A stretch of 64,000 bases of DNA from a virus. Within the stretch, counting starts at the first letter, position 1; each line of letters opens with the position of its first letter. The stretch lies in IMG/VR virus record IMGVR_UViG_3300008448_000049, positions 1 through 64,000 of that record; one strand, 5' to 3'. Both the position numbers and the translations under genes were made by a program. Of this stretch, positions 19,801-34,300 are shown piece after piece. A model generated the notes under the pieces. It saw only the letters and a program-made list of their open reading frames with translations, ran no database searches and was not told the DNA's origin.

Positions 19801-22334
19801 AGGGTTACACCTTTGATGATCAGTTGAATGAAGCTTTTGTGGACATTAAAGACTTCTTGCGTTTAGGCAGAGACAAAATGCGTATTGTTAATACAATAAA
19901 CACTTTGAGTAATCCTGATATGTTTGAGTACTATAAAGGTATTCAGTATGAAGTTCAAAAAATGAGACAAGCTCAAAAACTTGAGAAGCGTAAAGAAGCA
20001 TTGGAGACATTTGAAAAAATGAAAGATGACAATGACATGCTTAATGAGATTTTTGATAATCAAGCTTTTGTTAATCCAGAAGACATTGATAAACTAAAAG
20101 AGTTTAACATTGTGGATTTTTATGACGCTTCCTCCAATAACCTAGAACTTATAAAACCAGGTACAGAAAAATATAATACGTTACTTGAGATTGTTGAAAG
20201 ATATGCCCGCTTAGCTAATAAAACTACAAAGGGTAAAGAGATTAAAGAAGCTGGTACATCTGCTGAAGCTAGAGAGATGAGTAAGTACAACGCATCATCT
20301 AGAAAAAAATATGAAAGAGATAAGCGCTCTTATGAAGATCATGCTAAAGAATTTGGGTTTGATCCTACAGCTGACAAATCAAATGTACCAGCACATGATG
20401 TATTAAGAGCAATAATAAATGGTAAGTATTCTACACCAAGAGAGAAAGCTTTAGCTAGACGTATGCTTACTGTGGTTAAGCCAGACACCAAAGTCACTTT
20501 TGTTAACAACCATTCTACACCAGGATCTTATAATGGAGCAACTGATGAGACTGTAGTAGATGCACGTTACTCATCTGATGATTATAGACAAGGTGAAAAA
20601 GGACACCCAATTGAGCATGTTATCTTGCATGAATTAGTACATCAAGTTACAGTAAAAGGTTTAAATACAGACCCTAAGTTCAAAGCTGATATTGAAAAGT
20701 TATTAGCGGAAGTTAAAAACTATATAAGAACACCTGAAGCTCAACAACAATTTGGTGCAAAACCTTTATACGGTTCAATGAATGCTGAAGAGTTTGTGGC
20801 TGAAGCGTTGTCTAATGATACGTTCCAGGCTATGCTTAGTAACATTCCTTACGCCGCTACAGGGAAATCTATATGGGAAGAGTTTACTGACACGGTTAAA
20901 CGTTTTTTAACAAAGATATTTGGCCCTAGAGTTGATTCATCTTTATTGGATGAAGCAATGTATTTGATAACAAATAAGCTAGAAGCTGATATAGCTGGGC
21001 CTGCTGCATCTACTACAGGTGCTATAGGGGGAACAGCAACTACCACAATAACTCGTAGTACTCCTATTAGTATAATCCAGAAAGATGCTTCTGTATTATT
21101 TAAAAACTTAGCTGCTGATTACCGCGCCTATTATAAGGTAAATAAAGGTGGTACTTTAGGATTAACAGATGATGAACTAGTAGACTCTCAAGAGTTTGAA
21201 GATTATGTTCAAACATCAGACAGAGCTGGTAAAATTATTGATGACTACAATGGTGGTAAACCTGCAACTAGAACTACAACAACTACACCAGCAGCTTCTA
21301 CTAAGAAGACCACAGCTCCGGCAAACAAATGGTCCGCCGGTAAACGGTATAGCTTTACAGGAACCGTACAAAGAAAAGACGGTACCTCAATTGATCTTAC
21401 TAAAGTTGATATGGAGGTTGTTGAAGACCAGGGTGCTAATGTAGATCCTGACACAGGTATAGCAGAACGTATCATTGTATTAAAAGATTTAGCTACAAAT
21501 GAAGAATATATTATTGACTTAGGCACACCAGCAGGTAAAGCTGTTGTTGTGGAAGATATAGCTGCTGCTCCTGTGACAGATCCTCATTTTGAAAAGTGGT
21601 CTAACATAATTAAAAATGCTGTAAGTGCTAAAGAGCTTTATAAAATAACTCAGCAGATTGATGCTACAACGGAAGGAATGAGTCCAGAACTAATGGATTT
21701 ATTAGGTATGAGAAGAGCAGAACTTCCTCAGATAGATGAACCTGTAGGTGATGACTTATCTGAACTTTATAATGAGATTAAATCCGGTGAACAACTTGAA
21801 GAGTTTATGGATAAGGCCCGTGAGGTTTTAGCTACAGGAACCATTGGTCAGAAGAACTATTACAGCTCTGTATTCGGTGAGAACTTTAACTCTGCTTTAC
21901 TTGATAAACTAGAGCAGAACAAAAAAGTAGAACTGGCAAACAAGTTAGAATTTACTGATTTAATTCCTGACACAATTGTGTTATTAAATAACGGATATAC
22001 TAATATGATTGTTGGGAAAATGGATGGAAATACTGTATATTTGCTAACCCCTCAAGACAAACAAACTAACAATATGGCAAACGCAATTAAGGTGAACCCT
22101 GATGATTATAAAAATATAATCAAGTACATTGTGGGTGACTTTGTAGCTGATGTAACAACAGCTCCAGATCTTACTGAAGATGAAAAAGCTGATGTTGAAT
22201 CAGAAGGTAAAGCTTTAAAAGATAAAATTGATCCTGCTGAGGCTTTAGCAAGAGCTAAAAAAAGTGCTGAAACACCTACTGAGCAAAGAAAAAAAGATAT
22301 AAGTAATAAATTCAAATCTTGTAAAATTAGTTAA
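16884..22334 (+). CDS. Giant virion ejection protein with a zincin-like metallopeptidase domain
   Basis: 1816 aa; HELVH at 20628-20642 followed by EEFVAE; Gly/Ala-rich hydrophobic N-terminal region; single Cys 4 residues from the C-terminus. Confidence 0.75.
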   Translation: MAEEVTPQPTEPVLQSAPITPGLPEQGSSTDPLAILRAEMPVVNSLIPQGLPPSINANLNIQGSYQTGPNPGAKKAGTMDYALALRDMMQDPNWSQDKYKYGRTYSYGAGSKNMNFDRYYNHPKFKELGFSPYRDNETHYNENSSWWDDFNRMKGQWAGLAWGGAKSVWGDEKEAHENMEKGLAIGSSTRGGVGGWVTNFGINSAYTVGIMGELIVEDAALAAVEVASFGTATPEVAYLAATRNAMGIGKIAKALKGTANFIKELKNVDKAKDFFTAAKAWDTTKDIAKWANPLERSMETTSHLLNNTHGFNNLKSSAKISKSFGSFYRDMRELNVAHSEAKLEGEGAASEFQDNMIDKFYAENGRMPEGDEAKRIFDTAQSLKASVIGANDLTIYFTNKLAFEDLFEGIRPGAQLAKAFTEVGTEGFLKVAGKAFKKATAATAGNALLQEGKRTGAQRVANFLTKSPYLPWSRKYMVGNIGEALQENAQEVITQGYSSYYDKIYSDPVSAVHASVLSEIGKGIGDQFSLKGLDTFAQGYLMGSLIQGGGAAIKNSKNLGVRGTKAAAYGVTGGKVGAEWNSETEADRVKQQREKNKNEVMNAGNTIAEHALTYGAGDERSSFAAAIKLTNQEKKNRLAEGDKVGAHDMGDETQINHFEILAKTGNMKLITDHVDDMLSLEDKDLADAYNLDESQAGDARKKLQTLKSRAETYQARYDKAKKINPNPHNPWMFDPKKYPDAYEDEYFKYMAHEQAVSDILFATEDFDRTGERMVGIANKLAGVDSAYQNILNTSRGGIPMANVTAVDLTALIDPIQSIDTKTSLQNQITAMELGTPEQKAKAVELKEQLDFLETWQGDVETYLLHLDSDHKANISEEERMLRKERARMLPGATIIEKYSGQEFKIETDAKGELYINKNGKLKKFNKNNYTVSKDAPGVSPEYLEVEGDELNNAIARLHGSFQKYIKNVAKMNKGYTFDDQLNEAFVDIKDFLRLGRDKMRIVNTINTLSNPDMFEYYKGIQYEVQKMRQAQKLEKRKEALETFEKMKDDNDMLNEIFDNQAFVNPEDIDKLKEFNIVDFYDASSNNLELIKPGTEKYNTLLEIVERYARLANKTTKGKEIKEAGTSAEAREMSKYNASSRKKYERDKRSYEDHAKEFGFDPTADKSNVPAHDVLRAIINGKYSTPREKALARRMLTVVKPDTKVTFVNNHSTPGSYNGATDETVVDARYSSDDYRQGEKGHPIEHVILHELVHQVTVKGLNTDPKFKADIEKLLAEVKNYIRTPEAQQQFGAKPLYGSMNAEEFVAEALSNDTFQAMLSNIPYAATGKSIWEEFTDTVKRFLTKIFGPRVDSSLLDEAMYLITNKLEADIAGPAASTTGAIGGTATTTITRSTPISIIQKDASVLFKNLAADYRAYYKVNKGGTLGLTDDELVDSQEFEDYVQTSDRAGKIIDDYNGGKPATRTTTTTPAASTKKTTAPANKWSAGKRYSFTGTVQRKDGTSIDLTKVDMEVVEDQGANVDPDTGIAERIIVLKDLATNEEYIIDLGTPAGKAVVVEDIAAAPVTDPHFEKWSNIIKNAVSAKELYKITQQIDATTEGMSPELMDLLGMRRAELPQIDEPVGDDLSELYNEIKSGEQLEEFMDKAREVLATGTIGQKNYYSSVFGENFNSALLDKLEQNKKVELANKLEFTDLIPDTIVLLNNGYTNMIVGKMDGNTVYLLTPQDKQTNNMANAIKVNPDDYKNIIKYIVGDFVADVTTAPDLTEDEKADVESEGKALKDKIDPAEALARAKKSAETPTEQRKKDISNKFKSCKIS

Positions 22335-22336
22335 AA

Positions 22337-25300
22337 ATGAGTTGTTTATCACAAGAAGAAATAAGAGATGCCCTATTTGATTTAGTAGCTGGTGATTTAT
22401 ATGATAAAGCTAAAGAAGATCAGGTAATTGATTTACCCGCATATATAAAAGAAGTATATGAGTTTGTTAAAGAATCATCAGAAGATGAAGCTACAGCTAT
22501 TAGTGCTGCAGCAATGGCACCAACAATAGTTAAATTAATTCTTGCTTTAGATACTGAATTAGTTGATAAAATTGAAACAAAAAATCCAGATCTTGAAAGT
22601 GATAACCTGGCATTAATAAAAAAATTTAAGAACAATACAGATGCTGTAAGAGAAACTGTTGGTGCAACTAAACCTGTTGCTATTGATGATTCAACTCTTA
22701 AGTCTTCCGCTTCTATAAAAGTTACAGATGAAAGACCTACTTCAAAAATCAAAGAGAGTTTTAATAGATTTATGACTTGGGCCTTCCAGACTTTCCGTGT
22801 AGATATAAAAAATTATGAGAATCCAAAAGATAATGATTGGATGAAGTCAAAAGTTGAAGAAGCTTTAAACTTTACAGTACAGAAAAAGATTAACCAAGCT
22901 TTATTTGAACAAGGTATCAATGACAGTTCTGAGATGAAACTTGATGGTGTTGAAGGTGGTGTGTACTTAAGAGCTATGAACGGTGATACCTTAAGATTAA
23001 ATTATGCACCATTGATTCCTAAAACTGAAAAAGGTTGGACACCATTCTTATCTAAGTATGATATTTACATGGTCCTTACCAATGAAGCAGGTGTGCCTAT
23101 ACAATTTGATCCAGAAGGAACCGTAGTTAAAGATGGTCAACTCTCTTACTTAAGAGCTAAGAGTAAAGCTCCAATGGACGCTAAAGGTAATTACATAAGT
23201 CATGAAGATAAAGAGGCTTTAGAAAAATACATTAATAAAAATGTAAATAATGATCCTTATTACAGCAGTGCTATATCTAAAAAAACTGGTAGTGAGGCAG
23301 TAAAAGTAATTGCTAAAAGTATTCAAGAGCAGCTTGAGATGATGGCTAAAAGCTATAATCCTCTGTATGGCACTAAAAAGTTAACGGATAAGGAAAATGA
23401 AGAACTTAAAAATAGAGCTACTGATGAATTAAAAAAAGAGTATGCTGTACTAGAAAAGATGCGTGATTATGTTATAGCTAATTCTAGTAACCCTGATAAA
23501 TTTTTATTGTCTGTAATGACAGGTACTTCTGAAGGGTTTGTTCCATACTCACCTTATGTAACAACGCCACTTAAAGATATTAATTTTGAACAAGGTTTCC
23601 AACCACGTGTTATAAAAGAAATTCAATCAGCAACATCTAATGTATATCAGTCTGGTGTTTATTTTGATTATCCAAATATTGATGAGCCAATATCTATTAA
23701 TAAAAAACCTTTAGTACAACAAGATGACATTCTTAACAGTGTTATTGATTTATTCACAAAAGATTTGTGGATGACTATTAACGGTGTGCTACAGCCTGTT
23801 CCTATTGGTAGAAGAGAAGAACTGATTAATCAGTTTATTGTGAATGATTTACACCATGTGTATTTCATGGCAGATAGAAAAAGTGGTACTATTAATTATG
23901 AAGATAAAGATGGTACTATAAACATAATGGTTGACGGAACACGTTACCCTTTAAAGTTTGATGGATCTAAGTCTGGTCAAGAAGCTGCAGCTGCTGCTAT
24001 AAGAAAACAGTTAAGTACAGGCATGATTGTTTATGATGAGAACGGTAGATATCCTGAAGACAAATCAATTAATACTAAACCAAAAGCATTGAAAGCTGCT
24101 AGTGCTTTAAATACTCAAATTGTATATGCTGAGTATGAAACTGATGAGAATGGTATAAAAACTATAAAGCCTAATGATTTAGAAAGAGTTAATAAACCTG
24201 GTGTGTATGCAATACAAAAAGGTACTAATTATGATTTTGTAGGAACTAATGGACAACCTGAGTATGATTATTTTCATGCAAATGTACCATCAATTGTTAT
24301 TGTTGACAAACTTATTGAGCCAGGCTATGATGAAATCTCTTTTACACAAGAGGGTGATAAAGTTATTTTAAATACAAAAAATGCATCATACAAAGACTTT
24401 CTTAAAAATAATTTCACAACTAATGCTGTTCCTTACAACTATAATAACACAGATGAGAAAGGAAAGATTGAGGTTGTAAATTCATCAGTTACTTTTTCAC
24501 CTACTGCTGAGTCTATGATTAAGTTGGCAGGAGGAGAAAAAAACTCAGGAGCTGTAGATAACCAAGAAGAAATTGCTAGATTAAGAGCAGAAGAGCAAGA
24601 GTTACTAAAAAGAGAAATACCTAACATAGATGCTTATAAAGTAGATGGTAAAGTAAATCCTTTCTTAATTCCAACTACGGAAGAACGGGAGAAGTATGAA
24701 AAGATTTGGGAAGACTATGATAAAAAAATAAGCCCTTTATTAAAGTTTGCACCAGCAGAACCAAAAGCTGCAGAGACTAAACCGGCTGAGCCAACTATTG
24801 AACCATTAACTACAAAGACTACAGCATCATTATCTCCAGAGGATATATTAAATAGCCTTAATGACATGAGTAATGAATCTGACTTTGAAAGAAATTCAAG
24901 GTTAAAGTTATCAGGTGCTCGTGGTTCTAAAGAACAATTAGATGCTGCTGCAGAGTGGTATGCTAAAAGTCCATTAAAAGAACACTTTCCATTCAAAGTT
25001 GTACTAGCTGCATTGAATGCGCAAAAACCTGGACCAGCTGCTAGGTGGGCCGTTAATGGTATTACACTATTTAGATACTTTAATAACCCAGATGTTAGCG
25101 GTGACTATACGGATTTATACCATGAAGCATGGCACGGATTTACTCAGACATTCCTTACACCTGAAGAGAGAGAAGCAATGTATGAAGAAGCGCGTAAGAA
25201 AAAAGGTTCTTTTACAGACTACAATGGTAAGCGCGTAGCTTTTGCTGATGCTAAATGGAAACAACTAGAAGAATATTTAGCTGAAGACTTTAGAGCATAC

Positions 25301-28300
25301 ATGATGTCTGGCGGTAAGATCAAAGACAAAACGTCATCAACTAAGAACGGTATCTTTACAAGAATCATGAACTTCTTGAAGGAGCTTTTCTCCGGTGTAA
25401 ACATCAATGATGTTAATTATAGTCCACTAGGTATTCCTAAAATACAAGCAATGTATGAGAACTTAAAGCTTGGTAATCTTTCTGGATACAACTTCAATGT
25501 TGAGAATAGAGATAAGACTATAGGTGCTTTAGATCATGCTATGATTGCTAGTAAGAATGATGAAAACATGCCTGAGCTTGATTTTGAGACTACTAATAAA
25601 ATAATGAGTAGTGTTAACTCAATCATATCTTCATATACTAATACAAGAAATTTAAAAGAAGATACAAGAGTACATAGACAAGTATATAGTTACACAACTA
25701 CCTTGATGAAAGATAAAACAAGAGCTCTTGAAGTTTATAAGTATATTAAATCTATTTTTGAAAATGAGGTATTGTCTAATTTGAATAGAGATTTAGCTGC
25801 TGCAAAAGCTAAGCCGGATAATGAGTATGAAGTTATAGCTCTTGAACAAGATATTACAGGTATACAATGGGCAATTAATAACTTTGGTGATCTTACAAAC
25901 TTAGCAAATAACAAAGATGGCAAAGATGTAATAGGTTACCACTTAAAAACATCCAGGTTGTTGACAGAGGAGGATAGAGCAGAGTTACTTGACGAGGTTA
26001 GTGAAGTTGATGCTTTAATAAAAGCTAGTGAAAAGTTTGACAGACCAGGTAATGATGTTGGTTCATATGATATGGCACCGCCTGAGGTTAAGTATGTACT
26101 AAGTACAATTCACAAGTGGGAAGGTACAAAGCCTGTTATGAACAGTTTTGGTATTCAAGAGCTTAGTGATCCTTCTATTGTATGGAATAGAATATCTAGA
26201 ACACTTAAAGGTACAATGAGTGCTTCAGAGATGTATGAAAAATTACAAGCTGCAGCAGGTAAAGATCCTATTATCGCAGACCTGTTAAAAAAATTAGGAC
26301 CTGTTAAAACTCACACAGCAGCTGAAACAGATTTATGGATTAAGTTCTGGACCGTGTTTAACAAAGCTGAGATTCCTTTAATGCAGATGACTGTGTTTAG
26401 AGAAAAAGATATTGAGGGTCGTGAGCTTGATGAGTACTCAATCAAGATTGGATCTAATAACTCAGTGTCTCGTATAGCTCAAACACGTTGGACAAATACA
26501 TTTAGTACAGTAACTTCTGATTATAGAAAGAGAGATCCTCAAAAAGCTAATGAGATTTATCTTGATGTGAAAAAAGTAATTGAACAGTTTGGTGTAAAAG
26601 ACCGTACTGGTAAATATATTTTTGAAGATGCTAAAAATTCTTATGAGTTTTTTAGAGCAATTGGTATAGAGCTTAGTGATTCTGATGAACTAAGAGATAT
26701 AGTTAATAAAGGTAAAGGTAAAGCCACTAGGATATTTGATAGATTAAACAATATCTTAAACAGAGGTACTGATAAGATTTATAATCTTAAAGACATATTT
26801 AAAGAGTATCCAGCTGTTGATAAGATTGCGGCTTTAAGTTCTGAAACAACATTAACTGACCTAGCTAATGAAGAAGTTAAATTTGCAGACTACGCGTCTA
26901 ACTATGCTGTAAATAATGCTGAAGGTAATATCCAATTTGAACAAAGCTTACACAACAGTATAAGTATTATGATCAGTGCCATAAACAGTTCAAAAGATTA
27001 TGCTGATCTAATTAGTAAACCTTTTATGGCTCACTTAGATATTGATAAGAACCCGTTTGCAAAAGCTTCTGTCTGGTTGAATTCCATATATAAAATGGAT
27101 GAATATAAGAAAGGCAGTACTACTGAGGTTGGGGTTAAGCGTGATCAAAAATCTGATATCAATCTTAAGGCTGCAATCAACATGTCTAATCTATCTGGTG
27201 TGTCAATTGTAAGTGATAAGAGAGATGAAGGTGTTGCCTCAGCAAGTGCTGATGAATTTACAAAATTAATTCTTGACTTTCACGTGAGTAATGTGATAGG
27301 TCGTCCAGAGTTAATGCGTCATGCTGATAAGGGTACTTCCTTCTCTTTATGGTTAAGTGATATAATAACGCCAGGATCATCAGATAATAAATCTTATGTA
27401 GATACAATTGATTTTATTAATCAGCCTTTAGATAATGGTAGTCAATACGTGCCGGGTTATGGTAATGCATCACGTGTTTTAAAAAAATATATTGATGCTG
27501 AGATGCAAAGGATAACTAAGTTAAAAGCTCTTAAAGATCAAAAGGATTTAATATATGACGCTAAATATTTAAAGGAGGGTCAAAACTTTGTGATTTTTGA
27601 AGATGTACTTAGTCCTAAGACACGTGCATTCTTATCTAATTATCCTACTTTAGCAGAAGCTGCAGCAGTTGATCCAGATATTAGTAATGATATTGATAGA
27701 GAAATAGCCAAGTACTTTGATAATCAATCCAAACAAGTTGGTAGGATGATGAACAGTGCTAATTATATTAGTAAGAGTTTAATGGTTAAAACAGCAACTG
27801 ATGCTAATAAAGCTAATAAAGCAAACGTAACTAATAAAACTGTTAAAAATGCTTTAATAAAATCTTTTGTTGTAAACAGCTGGATACACAATATTGAGTC
27901 AATGGCTGTTATCTATGGAGACATTGCACAATACAAATTAGAAAAAGAAGAGTTCCATAAGCGTAATGCAGGTGCTGGTTCTACTGGTGGATTAATTGCA
28001 AGTGATCCAGTATTTATTGAGTATGTAAATAATAAAAGCCGGTTATCTAATATTCCTGGTCGGTCAAATACATATGCCGAGAAAATGAAAATCTTTGGCA
28101 AGGATGGTCAAACAAAGAAATTAGCTAGTGATGGTTCATTCCAGTCAGCTATACTTGAAGATAACAATATACGTTCTGAGTACTTTGAAGACATTGCTAA
28201 TGCTTTAATAGACTCTGAAGAAAAAAAACTAGGTAGCAGAGAAAAAGCTATTAAGAAAGTTTTAGGTTTTGAAGTTGACAAGGAAGGAAAAGAAACAGGT

Positions 28301-31300
28301 AAGCTAGGTACAATAGATGAGCCATTTAAAAATGGTAGTGTATATGCTTTTACTGAGATGAATGAAGGTGATGCTCAAGGCTGGATTACTTTTGACTTTT
28401 ACAAAGCTACTGCAATATTAGAAGGATCATGGACACCAGCTCAAGAAAAACTTTATAATAAAATCATAAATGAAGAACCTGTTGATTACAGTGAAGTGCT
28501 TAACTTCTTCCCTACTAAAAAGTATCAGTACTGGGGCCCTGTCCAACATAAAGACAAAGATGGTAAAGCTATTGACGGCCCGCCGTTAACAGCTTTTTAT
28601 AAGTTTTCTTTATTCCCATTAATACCTAATGTAGTTAAAGGTAAAAATCTAGGTGCTTTACATACACGGATGATGGAAAAAGGTATTGACTTTGCTATGT
28701 TTGAGTCAGGATCTAAGATATCAAACTTTACAAGAATCAACGCTGATGGTAAAGCTGATAAAGATAAATTTTATTCTAGTGTTGATGGTCAAGATAGAAC
28801 AGTAGATGCTACAGGAGATATGGTACCTAATACTGTGTTCTTACAATTCTTAAAAAAGCAATTAGAGATAGCTCCATACTTTAAAGGTAAGGTTACATTC
28901 CCAACTCAAATGCGTAAGTTAATTGAGAATGGTTTAATGGAAGCTGGTGTACCTACAGATTATGAAATGCACTTGCCTGTTAAGCAAAGAGAAAAACTTT
29001 GGAGATCACTTTCTCTAGAAAAAAAATTAGAAAATTCTCAGTTTTATAGACTTGTTAAAAACTATGAGAAAGATCTTTCTGATTTAACTAAGCTTAAGAT
29101 GAAAAAGCTTGAGGCTGAAGCTAGCATTAAACGTGATGAAGATGGTAATGTTATATTCAATGAAAAACTTGCTGAGTTCATTATAAAAGAATTAGACAGA
29201 CAAGACTTAGCTGAGCATGAGATAGGATTTATTAAATCAGGAACAAACAATACACTTGCTCATGATTTATCTTATTCATTATCTGCAGAGAAGATTGAGA
29301 AGATCTTAAACTCTATTGTAGTTAAACGTCTTGTCAAACAGAAGTTTAAAGGGGAAGGTCTGATCCAAGTATCAGGTGCTGGTTTTGAAGATACTCTGCG
29401 CGGCAAACTTACTGATGAAGAAAAGGCTAAGTACGGTACTAATGGATTAGCTTTTTATAAAAGAAAAGGTGGGCCAAATGGAACAACCTCAGCAATGAAA
29501 GTTAAGATTGCTTTACAAGGTAGCTTTGAGAACTTGCTTTACTTGAAAGATAAAGATGGTAAAGAGATTGGTACTATTGAAAGATTAAATCAACTGCTTA
29601 AAGATGAGTCTTGGTTAGATATAGGTGATCACCGTAAAATGGTTAGCATCACTGGACCACGTATTCCTACTCAAGAGAATAACTCTATGGAGTTTGCTGA
29701 GGTTTATGAGTTCTTACCTAGAGAAGCTGGTAACATTGTTATACTTCCTTCTGAGATTGTAGCTAAATCTGGTGGTGACTTTGATATTGATAAGATCACA
29801 TTCATGATGCCTAACATTTCCTCCGGTATAAATTGGGCTAGCTGGTTAGAAGAAGGATCTGGTAAACGTGAAGAGTTACAAAAATCTACTACCCTAGATC
29901 TATCAGCAGAGAATGTTAAACGTGTTATTGATAACAGAAAAGCAGATGAACTATCTGTTGAAGATCAAGCTGTATTAAGAATACTAGCTGAAAACTCTGA
30001 TAAAAATGTAAAGTTTCCATTTGACAGTAAAACTGAAGAGGGTCTTGAGAACAGAATATTAGATGATATGAAAAACATATTGTCTCTTAAAGAGAACTAC
30101 GTGAGTCTTGTACGTCCTAATGGTACTGATATTGTTAAGCCTCTTGCTGATGAGCTTTCATCTAAGGTTATGGATTATAATCCTAAGAAGCGTTTATATG
30201 ATGCACCTAATAGTTCTCGTATTGCGGGTACCCGTTTGTTTGAGATTCCGTACAACATGTATAAGCATACATCAAACAGTATTGGTAAACAAACTTTAGG
30301 TCTTGGTGCTGTAGATAATACTTTTAATACAGTGTTTAACCGTATTGGTGCTAGAATGAACTACGAGTATTGGGGTAGCAGGAATGTTAAAAGACGTTTG
30401 GATTTATTATTTAATCACAATACTTTACAAGATGATCAAGGCCGTGATGTAATTTCATTATCTCACTTGATGGATGTTAATAATGATAACAGTATATCTT
30501 CAATAATTGGTCAGCTTATTAATGGCTGGGTGGATATTGCTAAGGATGCTTGGATCTTTAACTTACAAGGGAACAAAGAGATATCACCATCTTTATTATT
30601 TTTAGTTCAAGCTGGTGTACCTTTAAAACAAGCTGTGTATTTTGTATCTCAACCTATTATCAGAGAGTATGTAAAAGAAATGCAGCAAGCTAAAAGCACA
30701 TTTGCTGGACCTATGGGTAAAGGAACTGATAATCCTAACTTGTTTAGAGGTGAAGCGCGTAAAGTAATCTTTAAAAAACTAGGTTATGACGCATCTCAAA
30801 TGGCTGTCTTTAATGAGAATAATGAGAAGAAGCAAGAGTTTTTAGATAAACGTACCTTAGAACTTACTGATAAGAAAACAGGATCTGAGATTGATTTCTT
30901 TAATCCTGATAAAGTTGAAGCTAATTTAAAAAATAAAATTGATGCTTACGCTAATGCTGTTAAAGAGCAACAAGAATCATCAGATTCAGAAGCTCCATTG
31001 AATTACAATTATGACGTTAAAGATGAGGCTATATTCTTACACTTCCTTGAAGTAGAAGAGATGACTAATTCAGCAACTAAGTTTAAAATGGCTTTAAATG
31101 TTGATACAACTAAAACAAACAACATCTTTCAAGCTCAAAATAAAAATGAGATCATTAAAGATTTACAAACTGATGGTAAATTACCAGCAGAAATTGTAAA
31201 ACTTATCCAAGAGGAATCTCCAATAGGCAGCTTTTTTACACAAGACTTTCAAATTGGTTTATGGAAAAATCTATTTAAGTTGAGAAATGACGATGATCTT

Positions 31301-34300
31301 AACAAGTGGATCTTGAATAAGACTAGACAAATGGGCTTTAAAGATGAGGTTGATGAAACCTTTGGTGATGATGAGAGATTTGTAAACAACTTGAGAAATG
31401 ACTGGATAAGCTTTTTATTCCAAAATCAGATACGCAAATTTGATATAGATAAGGTTAAAGATTATAAAGGTCTTGTAATTCAGGATACTCTTGGTGTTAA
31501 GTTAGCACCTAGTATTAAGTATGGTGTGTTTGTAGCTCCGGATAAAACGGGAGCACTGACTGTTTATATGGATAAAGTAAAGTTGAGACAAGACTTTGCA
31601 AAACTATCTAACAGCACAAGCTTAGAAACTGCAACCCTTCTTCCTGACGGTACAATAATTAAACCGGCTGATGTTGATGCTGCAGCGTTCCCTACACCTG
31701 ATACCTATTACAAATTTGTAATTGAGAGAGAGTTATTAAGAGCTATGTATCCTGGTAAAACAAAATGGTCAGTATTATTAGAACGTGCTGATGTTTCCCG
31801 CAAATTGAAAGACGCATTAGAATCTGGGCCAACTTTTGAAGGTGAATCAAAACAGAAGAGAGAAGCTCGTATTAATACTGAAGTTTATGAAGAGACTCTA
31901 CGTGACATGGCTTTAGAGAATACTTATAACACTTGGAAGATGTTCCAAAGTCGTACCTCTATGGCTGATCAATTTAATGAGATTGCTGCATTATATCCAG
32001 AGCTTAGAAAAAACTACAGCTTAATGAATATACTTACAGGTACAATCCGTAATGATAAAAACAATTCCAACCGTATTGGTAACTTACAATTACTGGATTC
32101 TCTTTTAGATGGTACTAAGTTGAACTTGTTACATCAGAACTTAAAAGACATGTCTGATCCTACTAAGTTAAGAATCAATGTTAAGTCTGCTCAAGAGAGA
32201 ACTCGTATTGCTGAATTCTTTAACAAGTTTGGTCTATATGCGTTTTTACAATCAGGTTTAAATACTAGTGGAAGATTCTCATTAACAAGAGTAGTTCCTC
32301 AAGAGATGTTTACTGCAATGATGAGTGAATACATGGGTGACTTTATGAAGAACATGAATGAGCTTACCTTTGAACGTTACTATACAAAGTTTAAAGCTAT
32401 CAATAGTAGAGCTGGTTCAACATCATACCGTGATTACACAGTGCCTGAATTTGATATGGCTGCAGATAAAAATAAAGTTGTTGACAATCCTGTTGGAAGT
32501 GCCAAAGAATTAATGTTTAACGAAAAAAAATCAAGAATAGATAATTTTTATCTTGACAATGCTGGTAACAAACTTTATCATGCTAATGAGTTTAGCCTTA
32601 ATAAAGAAGATACTATGCAAGCTATAACTATGACTCAAGCTGCTGACATACTTGAAAGCAGACCTACAGAAGTAATTATCTTTAATGGTACTGATGGAAC
32701 TACGGCTGGTCAAGGTACAAAAGGTGAGGCTGCATTTGATGCTTCCCTATCTACACACAGTAATCTTATTGCATTCCCTGTTAAAAAGAGTTATGAAATG
32801 ATAAGTGGTAATATACCAAACAGCGCACTTATAACTGATATCTCAATAGAAGAAGCTGAAAGAATGAAAGCTGAGATTAAACAACAGGAAAAAATCATTA
32901 ATAACCTTGTTTCAGGTCCTAAACTAGAAGTGGGAGTATATGCTGAATACAAAGGTGATAATTACATTGTGACTAAAAAGCTTGATAATGGAACATGGCA
33001 ACTTTATAATCCTGACATAGGTAGTAAACTAGCAGTTAGTCCTAGCAACTTTGCATTACTTATGGATAAACCTATTTCTCTAACCAATAGAGATGTTAAG
33101 TACTGGGTAAGTCCATTACACAATAATGCTATTATATCTCAAGTAAGCAATAACAAAATGAACTGGCCTGATGAGAATGGTGTTAAAAGAGAAATAATGG
33201 CTAAGGTACAAAGTCAAAGTTCTAACAAAAATGCTGATCAACAAAACATTACTCAACCTGCTCAGAATACTTTTAAATTTGCTGACGGAACTATTATTGA
33301 TACGCCATTCAAACTTAATGAGCAACAGGAGAAAGCGTTGTTATCTCTTGAGAATTTTTATAACAAGCCAGGAGAGTATGATAATCAAATTACCTTGCTT
33401 GGTTATGCCGGTACAGGTAAGACTAGTATCATCACAATCTTTGATAACTATTTAAAAAAGAAATTTGTTAAACCTCTATACAGTTCTCCAACACACAGAG
33501 CTAATGCTGTAACTAAGATGAAGAATCCTAAAGCTGCAGTATATACTTTACATAAATTGTTTGGTTTAAAAGGTCAAATCAAATTTGAAGATGGTGATTA
33601 TGATTTAAGAGATTTGAATTTTGCAGCATTTGATAAAGATGGCAAGCTTAATAAAAACGCTAAAGTTCAAAAGGGTGATATCTTAATTGTTGATGAAGCA
33701 TCAATGGTTAATGACGCGCTTTATGATTTCTTAGAGAAGTTTAAACAGATTCTTAATCTTAAGATTATTTACATGGGTGATCCAGCTCAGTTAAAACCTG
33801 TTAAGCAAAAAGACTTGTCTAAAACTTTTGAGAAAGGAACACAGTTACAACTTACCAAAGTTGAAAGAACAGGTGACAATCCTATATTAGAAGAAGCGAC
33901 CAACTTGAGAAATGGTAAAGATTTTAATTACCAGACTAAAATGATTGGGGAGCAAGGTGTTGAATACTCTGATGAAGCTAATTTCACAAACAGAATAATT
34001 GGAGAAAACTACACAAGTGATGAGTTTAAAGATAACAAGCTTTATTTTAGAATTCTATCTGCAACCAATGCTGTTCTTCCAGGTATTAACAGAAGAGTAA
34101 GAGAGTTACTTTACGGTGATGAAGCTGATAAACAACTTGTGAAAGGTGATTTATTGATGGGTAATAATAACTTTGATATAGATTATAAGACCAAGCAACC
34201 ATTGATTATAAACAGTGGTGACTATATAGTTGATAGCATTGAGGAGTCTGTAAAAACATTACCTGTAGGTAACAAGACAATCAGCTTTAATGGTTTTCAA